Positions 9,424 to 18,014 of a stretch of 33,731 nt of DNA are shown here, piece after piece; position 1 is the first letter of the stretch, and each line of letters opens with the position of its first letter. The notes beneath the pieces are model-generated. The model was not told the origin of the DNA. It was given only the letters and a program-made list of their open reading frames with translations, and made no database searches. This DNA is from an uncultured Candidatus Saccharibacteria bacterium (GTDB lineage Bacteria; Patescibacteriota; Minisyncoccia; Phycocordibacterales; JAACPR01), in NCBI GenBank assembly GCA_964598245.1, contig CAZRAX010000003.1:1-33731 (forward strand), in the 5' to 3' direction. Position numbers and translations under genes: made by a program.

Positions 9424-9427
9424 AAAT

Positions 9428-10183
9428 TTATTTCAAAATTATTAAATTAGTTTTTGCTTTATATTTTTGATACTCAGGGTTATCTTTGAATTTTTCATTA
9501 TATTTTTTCTCAAGTAATGGAACACCAGAAACAAACATTAAAATAAAAATGATATAAATTGGACTTATAAGAGCAATTAGAGTCAGTAAATCAGTCTTGT
9601 TAACAATAGTAAACAAATAAATACCAACCCAGACTAAAATTTCTCCAAAATAATTAGGATGTCTTGATCTATTCCATAGCCCAACATTTGTCCAGTGCTC
9701 TTTATTTTCTGGCTTACTTTTGAAGACAAATTTTTGATAGTCAGCAACTGTTTCAATTAATAATCCAATGAACCAGATAGATAATCCTAAAATATGTAAA
9801 TTTGAAAATTCTAGATTGGGAATTGAGAAATAATTAATAGAAGCAAATAGAATGATCCACACACTTAAACCTTGTAGTAGCCAAAATTTTATAAAACGAG
9901 TAAAAGATTCTCTTATTCCATCAAAGCGCCTATCTCTTTTTGTTTTATTAATTCTAATAAACAAATAAACTCCAAGCCTAATTGACCAGATCAAGATCAT
10001 TAAAAGCAAGAGAAGATGAACTATATCTTGGCTTGAATTCCAATAAAGAAAAAATGCTAAAACAAAAAAAGTTAAAGAATAAGAAAGGTCTGTTAATTTG
10101 TCAGTTTTTAAAAAATAAGCTGGTACAAAAACTAACAGATTAAACCCAATTGAAAATATTAAACTTGTTATTATTAAATCCAT
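9428..10183 (-). CDS. DUF1295 membrane protein (steroid 5-alpha-reductase-like fold)
   Basis: DKLTDLSY, WSIRLG, DRRFD, ETVADYQK, GLWNRSRHPNYFGE, SGVPLLE. Confidence 0.9.
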   Translation of the reverse strand: MDLIITSLIFSIGFNLLVFVPAYFLKTDKLTDLSYSLTFFVLAFFLYWNSSQDIVHLLLLLMILIWSIRLGVYLFIRINKTKRDRRFDGIRESFTRFIKFWLLQGLSVWIILFASINYFSIPNLEFSNLHILGLSIWFIGLLIETVADYQKFVFKSKPENKEHWTNVGLWNRSRHPNYFGEILVWVGIYLFTIVNKTDLLTLIALISPIYIIFILMFVSGVPLLEKKYNEKFKDNPEYQKYKAKTNLIILK

Positions 10184-10259
10184 AATTTAGCTAGATTTTA
10201 GCATATAAATATTGTTTTTTAAAGATAATTATATTACAATTACGTGTAGTTATTAAAAA

Positions 10260-12170
10260 ATGAAAAAGTATAAAATCTATTTTTTTGATGTTGATGGCAC
10301 TCTTGCAAAGAGCAAGGGGATTATTTCACAAGAAATTGCTGAATTATTATCTGAATTATCTCAAAATAATAAAATAGCGATCATATCTGGTGAAACGTTT
10401 GACCAGATTATAAAGCAAGTTATTAATGAACTCCCTGGTAATGCAGTTATCAAGAATTTTATTTTATTACCTACCTCTGGGGCAGCTCTATATATTTGTA
10501 AAAATAATGATTGGCAAGAGATTTATAAAAATACCATTCCAGAATCACGAGTCGTTGATATAGAAAAAAAGATTTACCAATCTTTCAAAAAACATAAAAT
10601 TTCTATCCCTAAAAAAAATTATGGCCCAAGATTAGAGTATCGCGGGTCCCAGATTACATTCTCAGTTCTTGGCCAAGATGCTCCATTTGAAATAAAAAGT
10701 AAATGGGATCCTGATCATAAAAAAAGAAAAAAAATTGTTGATACCCTAGAACATCAAATTCCAAATCTAGATATTAAAATTGGTGGAACTAATTCCATTG
10801 ATATTACCTTAAAAGGAATCGATAAATCTTATGGAATAATTGAATTAACAAATTATTTAAAGGTATCACCAAAAGATTGTGTTTTTATTGGAGATGCTAT
10901 TTTTGTAGGCGGTAATGATTTTGAAGTTTTTGAAACTGGTATTAAAACTATTCCTACTTCTGGTCCTGATGAATCATCTGATATTTTAAGAGCTTTGATT
11001 AAAAATAGTGAATATCAAAAAAGTTTTATTGGAATTATAAAAAGATTTTTGAAAAAAGTGGGTGTTTTTCTAAGAAAATTTTTCTTGATTGATATTTTAT
11101 TTTTCAAGGTAAAAAAAATAGAATTAGAAGATGATGAATTATCTTCACCATATTTGACTCGTTCAAGTAAAAATCCAGTTTTATCTCCAACAAGTTATTC
11201 TTGGGAAGATGAGGGAGTTTTTAATCCAGCTGCTATTTACTTGGGCGGAAGAGTTCATCTTTTGTATCGTGCAATTGGTTCCAATGGAGTTTCAACTATT
11301 GGTTATGCCTCAAGTAAAGATGGGATTCATTTTGACGAAAGACTACCGTACCCTATCTACTATCCCAAATCTGATTTTGAATTAGATAGTAGTGAAAAAG
11401 TTGAGAAAAAATTTAATCCCAATAAATATAGTTCGGGAGGTAGCTGGTCTGGTTGTGAAGATCCAAAAATTTGTCAAATTGGAGATAGAATTTTCTTAAC
11501 CTATGTCGCATTTTCTGGTTGGGATTCTATTAGAATAGCCATGAGTTCTATAACTGTTGATGACTTCTTGAATAAAAGATGGCGGTGGACTATTCCGATT
11601 TTATGTACCAAAAAAGGAGTTATTTCTAAAAGTGGGGGGTTGTTTCCAGAAAAAGTTAATGGTAAGTATGTTTTTTTCCAAAGAATTTTTCCAAATATTT
11701 TAATTGATTATCTTGATGATCTTCATTTTAAAAATAGCAAATTTCCTGAAGGCGAACATGAAATACCACCACAAAAAGAAGGTTGGGATAGTAGAAAAAT
11801 TAGTTTTGGTGCTACACCAATTAAAACCAAATATGGTTGGCTAGTTGTTACTCATGGTGTGGATGATAAAAATGACCATCAATATCATATTGGAGTGATG
11901 CTTCTTGATTTAGATAATCCAGAAAAAATAATTTATCGTTCAAATCAACCAATTTTATCACCAGAATTATGGTATGAAAATGATTGGAAACCCGGAGTTG
12001 TTTATCCATGTGGAGCTGTTAATAAAGATGGAACACTTTTGATTTATTATGGTGGAGGAGATAAATATGTTTGTGTTGCTTCGGCACCATTTGAAGATTT
12101 TTTGGAATCTTTATTAAGAGGAGAAAAACCAAAATTAAAAAAAGACCGTTTAAAATTTAAAAAGCGATAA
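10260..12170 (+). CDS. Fusion: HAD-IIB (eukaryotic-type) phosphomannomutase-like domain + GH130 beta-mannoside phosphorylase-like domain
   Basis: aa 1-~250: FDVDGTL, EYRGSQITFS, GGTNSID, DKSYG, FIGDAIFVGGND. aa 298-636: NPVLSP, GVFNPAA, LLYRA, GCEDPK, LFPEK, VVYPCG, IYYGGGD. Confidence 0.88.
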   Translation: MKKYKIYFFDVDGTLAKSKGIISQEIAELLSELSQNNKIAIISGETFDQIIKQVINELPGNAVIKNFILLPTSGAALYICKNNDWQEIYKNTIPESRVVDIEKKIYQSFKKHKISIPKKNYGPRLEYRGSQITFSVLGQDAPFEIKSKWDPDHKKRKKIVDTLEHQIPNLDIKIGGTNSIDITLKGIDKSYGIIELTNYLKVSPKDCVFIGDAIFVGGNDFEVFETGIKTIPTSGPDESSDILRALIKNSEYQKSFIGIIKRFLKKVGVFLRKFFLIDILFFKVKKIELEDDELSSPYLTRSSKNPVLSPTSYSWEDEGVFNPAAIYLGGRVHLLYRAIGSNGVSTIGYASSKDGIHFDERLPYPIYYPKSDFELDSSEKVEKKFNPNKYSSGGSWSGCEDPKICQIGDRIFLTYVAFSGWDSIRIAMSSITVDDFLNKRWRWTIPILCTKKGVISKSGGLFPEKVNGKYVFFQRIFPNILIDYLDDLHFKNSKFPEGEHEIPPQKEGWDSRKISFGATPIKTKYGWLVVTHGVDDKNDHQYHIGVMLLDLDNPEKIIYRSNQPILSPELWYENDWKPGVVYPCGAVNKDGTLLIYYGGGDKYVCVASAPFEDFLESLLRGEKPKLKKDRLKFKKR

Positions 12171-12181
12171 TATAAAAAAAT

Positions 12182-14089
12182 ATGTTTAATGTTAATCAAA
12201 GTAAAAACAATCCTTTACTTCATCCTTACAAACGAAATAATTGGGAAGAAGTTTCTGCCTGTAATGGGTGCCCAATAAAATATCGAAATAAAATATATCT
12301 TTTATATCGAGCCATTGCTAATCCCGATCAAGTTAAGTCTCCAAAGTTGTTTGAATCAACTATTGGAATTGCTAAACAAAAAGGAAAGAATAAGTTTAAT
12401 GATAGAAAACAATTCATCATTCCGGAAAATGATTGGGAATATTACGGTTGTGAAGATCCTCGAATTACAAAAATTGATAAAAAATTCTATACTTTTTATA
12501 CTGCTCTATCAAGTGATAATTTAGGTCCTGATTCTATCAAAGTAGCTGTTGCTATTAGTGATGATTTAAAAAAAGTTAAAGAAAAACACTTAGTTACACC
12601 TTTTAATGCCAAAGCCATGTCACTTTTTCCAGAAAAAATTAATGGCAAATATACTGTAATTTTAACTGCTAATACTGATCAGCCACCTGCTAAAATTGCT
12701 ATTGCTCAATTTAATGAAATAAAAGATCTTTGGAATCATAAAAAATGGATGAAATGGTATGAAAATTTAGATAAAAATAGTATTAATTTAAATAGAAGTG
12801 AAAATGATTTAACGGAGGTTGGTGCACCACCAGTTAAAACCAAAGATGGTTGGTTATTGATTTATTCTCATATTCAAAATTATTTTTCTGAAGGGGAAAG
12901 AATTTTTGGTATAGAGGCTGTTTTATTAGATTTAAAAAATCCTAAAAAAATTATTGGTAGAACTAGATTCCCAATTATTATTGCTGATCAAATTTATACT
13001 AAATATGGTTTTGTCTCGGATGTTTCTTTTCCAACTGGGGCAATTATTAATGGTAAAAAATTAGATATTTATTATGGTGCTGCTGATACAACAACTTGTA
13101 TGGCAAGTTTAAATCTTGATTTGTTACTAAGAGAACTTAAAGAAGAAACAAAGGGGAATCTTTTTATTCGAGGCTCTAAAAATCCAATTTTAAAACCACA
13201 GAAGAAAAATGATTGGGAAAATAAAAATGTTTTTAATCCTGCAGCTATTGATATTAATAAAAAAATTAGGATTCTATATCGAGCACAGTCTGACAATGGA
13301 ACTTCTGTCGTTGGTTATGCCGAAAGTAAGGATGGACTAAATATTGATTACCGCCACCCCAAACCGTGTTATTATCCAAGACTTGATTTTGAACAAAAAA
13401 AAGCTGGACCAAATTCTTTTTCCGGTTGTGAAGATCCGAGGTTATCTATGATTGATGATAGAATTTATATGTGTTACACGGCTTATAATGGTATAGAATC
13501 ACCCAAGATTGCTATTTCTGACATTGCTAAAAAGGACTTGGACAAAAGAGATTTTAATTGGTCAGAGCCAGTTGTTATTTCACCAAGTGGTTACGATGAT
13601 AAAGATGCTTGTCTGTTACCAAAAAAATTAAAAAAAGGATATTTTTTAATTCATCGAATCGACTCTCATGTTACAGGTGATTATGTTAATGATTTAAATT
13701 TTACCAAAAATGAAATAGATACATCAATGGAAATATTAGAACCAAGAAAAGGTATGTGGGATGGTTTGAAGGTTGGATTATCTAGCACTCCACATTTGAC
13801 TAAATACGGATGGTTAATGTTTTATCATGGTGTATCTAAAGACAAATACTACCGTCTTGGTGCTGCACTTTTAGACAAAGATGATCCGACAATAGTTTTA
13901 GGGAGGTCAGCATTACCAATATTTGAACCAGAAGAATGGTATGAAAAAGAGGGCGATGTTCCCAATGTCGTTTTCCCTTGCGGATCTGTTATTAGAGGAA
14001 ACAGGGTTCTAATTTATTATGGTGGTGCCGATAGGTATGTTGGTGTTGCAGAAGCAAAACTGGATCAATTAATCAAAGGTCTTTTATAA
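12182..14089 (+). CDS. Tandem GH130::GH130 glycoside phosphorylase/hydrolase
   Basis: Two complete five-bladed-propeller repeats (about 12182-13141 and 13160-14089), each with NP, LYRA, GCEDPR, VxFP and YYG(A/G)AD motifs. Confidence 0.9.
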   Translation: MFNVNQSKNNPLLHPYKRNNWEEVSACNGCPIKYRNKIYLLYRAIANPDQVKSPKLFESTIGIAKQKGKNKFNDRKQFIIPENDWEYYGCEDPRITKIDKKFYTFYTALSSDNLGPDSIKVAVAISDDLKKVKEKHLVTPFNAKAMSLFPEKINGKYTVILTANTDQPPAKIAIAQFNEIKDLWNHKKWMKWYENLDKNSINLNRSENDLTEVGAPPVKTKDGWLLIYSHIQNYFSEGERIFGIEAVLLDLKNPKKIIGRTRFPIIIADQIYTKYGFVSDVSFPTGAIINGKKLDIYYGAADTTTCMASLNLDLLLRELKEETKGNLFIRGSKNPILKPQKKNDWENKNVFNPAAIDINKKIRILYRAQSDNGTSVVGYAESKDGLNIDYRHPKPCYYPRLDFEQKKAGPNSFSGCEDPRLSMIDDRIYMCYTAYNGIESPKIAISDIAKKDLDKRDFNWSEPVVISPSGYDDKDACLLPKKLKKGYFLIHRIDSHVTGDYVNDLNFTKNEIDTSMEILEPRKGMWDGLKVGLSSTPHLTKYGWLMFYHGVSKDKYYRLGAALLDKDDPTIVLGRSALPIFEPEEWYEKEGDVPNVVFPCGSVIRGNRVLIYYGGADRYVGVAEAKLDQLIKGLL

Positions 14090-14093
14090 AAAC

Positions 14094-14987
14094 TTAATCA
14101 AATAAATCAACTATGTATTTATCAATTTCTCTTTGTGATAAATCGTAGAAATGTTTATTATCATCACGTAGATCATCTGCTAATTTTTCTCCAACGAATC
14201 TCCAATGCCAAGGTTCGAATTGATAGTATTGATTATTTTCTGGATAAGATAGTGTAAAACCATATTTATGAGCATTATCTAATAACCATTTGTATTCTTG
14301 TGTTTGGGCAAATCCAGAATATGTATTAGCAACTTGTGAATTTGTGAAATCAACAGTTGTTCCTAATTGATGTTCAGAATATCCTTGGTCAGCAGAGAAT
14401 TGATTAGCACCAGAACCATAAGTAACTGTGTAGGCACCTTTTAATTGAGCCTGTTCTCCAAAAGATCGAAAAGCAGAGATAATTTTTAAGTCCAAGTCGT
14501 CGTCTTCTGCTTCTTCTAGCAAATCTTTTAAATATGGCCAAACTTCAGAATGAATTTCGTACTTTCTATTTTGATCCCATGTATATTTACTAGAAATTAC
14601 TTTCAAATCTGTCGGTACATAATGTTCATTTAAGAAAAATACTTTTGAATATTTTTGAAGTAATTCTGGGTCAGTCTTTGTGATTTTTTCTAATTCGTCA
14701 ACATTATCATTAACTTTATCAAATTGTCTTTCTAGGTCTTCTGATTTTTCTCTGGCTTCTTTCAGCGCTTCTTCAAGAGTTGTATTCTTTTCTTCATTTG
14801 ATAACAAAATAGTTTCAATGTCATTTACTTTTTGGTTTGTCTGGTTAAGCATTTCTTCAAAAGTTATTTTTGTTTGATTTATTTTTTGATTTGCTTGATT
14901 TTGTACATAGAAAATAGCTAACACGATTAAAATAACTATAACTAGACCAGATATTATTAATTGACTTACTTTTGATATTTTTTTCAT
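14094..14987 (-). CDS. M15B (VanY/LdcB-like) D-Ala-D-Ala carboxypeptidase with TM anchor and coiled-coil stalk
   Basis: SAFRS, SEHQLGTTVD (SxHxxGxxxD), AHKYGF, EPWHWRFVG; N-terminal TM and heptad-like E/K-rich region. Confidence 0.9.
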   Translation of the reverse strand: MKKISKVSQLIISGLVIVILIVLAIFYVQNQANQKINQTKITFEEMLNQTNQKVNDIETILLSNEEKNTTLEEALKEAREKSEDLERQFDKVNDNVDELEKITKTDPELLQKYSKVFFLNEHYVPTDLKVISSKYTWDQNRKYEIHSEVWPYLKDLLEEAEDDDLDLKIISAFRSFGEQAQLKGAYTVTYGSGANQFSADQGYSEHQLGTTVDFTNSQVANTYSGFAQTQEYKWLLDNAHKYGFTLSYPENNQYYQFEPWHWRFVGEKLADDLRDDNKHFYDLSQREIDKYIVDLFD

Positions 14988-15041
14988 AATTAAGGGTTAT
15001 TTTAACAAATTTTTTATAAAAATACACACTTTTTTATTTTC

Positions 15042-15050
15042 TGCTATGAT
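15042..15050 (+). promoter_or_regulatory. Extended -10 element (TGCTATGAT) 6 nt before ATG 15057; divergent partner TGTTAAAAT on minus strand at 14999-15007
   Basis: Motifs and spacing seen directly. Confidence 0.55.
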
Positions 15051-15056
15051 AATACT

Positions 15057-15485
15057 ATGTCAAGAATAGAAGATAAAATAATTATTGGACGTTTAGAAAA
15101 GGTTAATATACCAGAATTAGAACTTCAAAATGTTATTGCAAAAATCGATACTGGGGCTTATCGAGGTTCTATTCACGCTACTGAAATCAGAGAAATTGAA
15201 AAAAAAGGTAAAAAATATGTTGAATTCAAGATTTTAGATTCAGATCATCCTGAATATTCTGATAAGGTTTATTCTTTTTCAAATTATAAAATAAAAAAAT
15301 TCCGTAACAGTGGTACTGATCCTCATGAAAGATATGTTATTTTTGTAACTTTAGAAATTTCTGATCAAAAATTACCAATAGAAATAAGTCTTTCCAATCG
15401 AGCAGATTTAAGATACCCCATATTGATTGGCCGCCGATTTCTTAAGGAAAAATTTCTAATTGATGCTTCTAAAAAAAATATATAG
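15057..15485 (+). CDS. RimK-associated retropepsin-like protease (RimB-like)
   Basis: IIGRLE, AKIDTGA, ISLSNR...YPILIGRRFL; immediately upstream of rimK. Confidence 0.87.
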   Translation: MSRIEDKIIIGRLEKVNIPELELQNVIAKIDTGAYRGSIHATEIREIEKKGKKYVEFKILDSDHPEYSDKVYSFSNYKIKKFRNSGTDPHERYVIFVTLEISDQKLPIEISLSNRADLRYPILIGRRFLKEKFLIDASKKNI

Positions 15486-15551
15486 ATTATAAAATAACTT
15501 GTATAGACTAAATAAAAATTAGATGTATAATATCCTAATTAAAATATTAAT

Positions 15552-16526
15552 ATGAAAATAGCTATTCTTTCTAAAGATCCAGAGCTTTACTCAACCAAAA
15601 GATTGATTGAAGCGGGTCAAAAAAGGGGACATGAGGTTGTTGTAATTGATTATTCTAAATGCCACTTAATAATGGAAAAAGGGAAACCCAGCATTTCAAT
15701 AATGGGAGATAAAATTATTGATGTTGATGTGATTATTCCTAGAATTGGTGCGTCTCTAACTCAGTTTGGAGCTGCGGTTATACAACATTTTGATATAAAA
15801 GGTGTCCCTTCTTTAATTAGTTCCATTGCTTTAATTCGTTCAAGGGATAAATTGCGGTCGCTTCAATTTTTGTCAAAATCAGGAATTGGTATACCAAAAA
15901 CAGTTTTTGCCAGACACCCAAAAGCAGAAAATGTTAAACAATTAATAAATGAAATTGGAGCTACACCTGTTATTTTAAAATTATTAGAAAGCACACATGG
16001 TAATGGAGTCATCAAAGCCGATTCCGTGGCTTCAGCCAAGTCCGCTTTAGAAGCATTTTCTGGTATTAAAGAAGACATTATTATTCAAGAGTTTATTGAA
16101 GAGGCTGGGGGTAAAGATTTACGAGTTTTTGTTGTTGGTGATGAGGTTGTTGGTGCAATGCAGAGATCAGGTGCAGAAGGTGAATTTCGTTCTAATCTTC
16201 ACAAGGGGGGTTCTGCTCAAAAGGTTCAGTTAGATAAAAAAACTGAAACTGCAGCTATTGAATCAGCCAAATTACTTGGTCTAACTGTGGCAGGAGTTGA
16301 TCTTTTGGAATCAGTGAGGGGCCCATTAGTTATCGAGGTTAATTCTTCTCCAGGGTTACAAGGAATTGAAAAAGCCACCGGAATTAATGTTGCCGGTAAA
16401 ATTATTGAAGCTGCAGAGAAAAAATATCAAAGAAAGGCAAAACTAAAAGAAAAAAGTAAAGCCAAAAAGAAAAAGAAAAAAATTAAAAATGATATTAAAA
16501 AACAGATTCAGAGATTAATGCTTTAA
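15552..16526 (+). CDS. rimK: RimK alpha-L-glutamate ligase (ATP-grasp) with Lys-rich C-terminal extension
   Basis: MKIAILS..LYSTKRL, IIPRIGAS, RSRDKLRSLQ, QEFIEEAGGKDLR, FRSNLH, GVDLL, EVNSSPGL. Confidence 0.94.
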   Translation: MKIAILSKDPELYSTKRLIEAGQKRGHEVVVIDYSKCHLIMEKGKPSISIMGDKIIDVDVIIPRIGASLTQFGAAVIQHFDIKGVPSLISSIALIRSRDKLRSLQFLSKSGIGIPKTVFARHPKAENVKQLINEIGATPVILKLLESTHGNGVIKADSVASAKSALEAFSGIKEDIIIQEFIEEAGGKDLRVFVVGDEVVGAMQRSGAEGEFRSNLHKGGSAQKVQLDKKTETAAIESAKLLGLTVAGVDLLESVRGPLVIEVNSSPGLQGIEKATGINVAGKIIEAAEKKYQRKAKLKEKSKAKKKKKKIKNDIKKQIQRLML

Positions 16527-16543
16527 TTCTTGCCACCATTTTG

Positions 16544-16552
16544 TGGTATAAT
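16544..16552 (+). promoter_or_regulatory. Consensus extended -10 TGGTATAAT 7 nt before ATG 16560
   Basis: Motif and spacing seen directly. Confidence 0.65.
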
Positions 16553-16559
16553 ATTAGAG

Positions 16560-18011
16560 ATGAATACTAAAAAAATAGCTATTATATTAGTAATTGTTGT
16601 CATTGTTTTATCTGGTATTTTATTTTTTGTTAAAAAAAATGGTAATTATGAGATTTATACTGTTGAAAGAGAAGATTTTATCGAAAAGGTTGAGTTTTCA
16701 GGTAGAGTTTCCCCATCTCAAGAAATTGATTTGTCATTTGAATTAGTTGGTAAAGCTTCAGGAGTTTATGTTGATACTGGTGATTTTGTTAAGCAAGGTG
16801 ATTTATTAGCTGAACTTAACACATCTGAAATTAATAGCGAAATCAATGAATTCAGATTAAATTTAGAAAAAGAAAAAGCTAAATTATTAGAAGTCTCTGG
16901 TGATTTTATTGGAAAAAATAGATTACAAAATGAATCTGAAACTCTTTTAAATAATCTAAAAAAATCATATGTTGTAAGTGATGATATTGTAAGAAATACA
17001 GTAGACGTGTTTTTTGATAATCCAGATCTTAGGTTTCCAGAATTTTCAAATGCTTTATCTAATTTTTTTCTTAGAAAAGAAATTAATAATCAAAGAAAAG
17101 AAATTGGAAATCTGCTAAAAGAATGGAATGAAATATTGAGTGGTATAAAGCCTCTGAATTTAACCAATAATGATGTAGAATATTCTATTAATAATTTAAA
17201 GCAGGTTGAAAAATTACTGTCTTTAATAAGTTCTGGAGTAGATGATTTTGATTCTAATTCTAATATTAGTCAATCTCAGATTAGTTCTTATATTTCTAGT
17301 ATTAGTAATGCTAGAAATTCAATTGCTAATTTAATAATTGACCTTAATAATGGTTACGATAACTATCGTGACGTTCAGGCAGAATTACCAGTTTTAGAAT
17401 TTTCAGTTGAGAATGCAGAAGCATCAGTTCAAACTTTGGCTGCTAGAAGAGAAAAATATATTCTCAGAGCTCCATTTGATGGAATTATTACAGATAAAGA
17501 TATTGAATTTGGTCAAGTCGTGTCTGCTGGTGAAAGTGTTATTTCAATGATTAGTGATAATTCTTTTGAAATAGAAGGTTTTATACCTGAAATTAATATT
17601 ATTGGTGTAGAAGTTGGTGATATCGCTAATGTTGTATTGGATGCTTTCGGCCCCGAATTTAATTTTGAAGCAATTGTTTCTCAAGTTGATCCAAGAGAAA
17701 CAATCAAGGATGGTATTACAACTTATCGAACAATTGTTGATTTTATTGATTTTAATCCAGAAATTAGATCTGGAATGACGACCGATGTTAAAATTCAAAA
17801 AGATTTTATTGAAAACCAGATTGTTATTCCAAAGTATTTGGTTTTAGAAGATGATCAGGGATCCTATGTCTATTTAAGTTCTGACGACGGCAAGAAAAAA
17901 AATCAACAAGAATTAAAAAAATATTTGAAATTAGGGAAAACAGATGGTAGTGGTGGGGTTATTGTCAGCGAAGGTCTTAAAGAAGGTGATAAAATTATTA
18001 TTCAAAAATAA
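16560..18011 (+). CDS. Membrane fusion protein / efflux adaptor subunit (MacA/HlyD-like)
   Basis: N-terminal TM; lipoyl halves VYVDTGDFVKQGDLLAEL and LRAPFDGII...GQVV; C-terminal EGLKEGDKI. ATG 16560 preferred over TTG 16530. Confidence 0.88.
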   Translation: MNTKKIAIILVIVVIVLSGILFFVKKNGNYEIYTVEREDFIEKVEFSGRVSPSQEIDLSFELVGKASGVYVDTGDFVKQGDLLAELNTSEINSEINEFRLNLEKEKAKLLEVSGDFIGKNRLQNESETLLNNLKKSYVVSDDIVRNTVDVFFDNPDLRFPEFSNALSNFFLRKEINNQRKEIGNLLKEWNEILSGIKPLNLTNNDVEYSINNLKQVEKLLSLISSGVDDFDSNSNISQSQISSYISSISNARNSIANLIIDLNNGYDNYRDVQAELPVLEFSVENAEASVQTLAARREKYILRAPFDGIITDKDIEFGQVVSAGESVISMISDNSFEIEGFIPEINIIGVEVGDIANVVLDAFGPEFNFEAIVSQVDPRETIKDGITTYRTIVDFIDFNPEIRSGMTTDVKIQKDFIENQIVIPKYLVLEDDQGSYVYLSSDDGKKKNQQELKKYLKLGKTDGSGGVIVSEGLKEGDKIIIQK

Positions 18012-18014
18012 ATT

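Noticed and set aside
14094-14987. vanY glycopeptide-resistance gene
   Set aside because: No vanHAX/vanRS context; M15B peptidases are common housekeeping enzymes.
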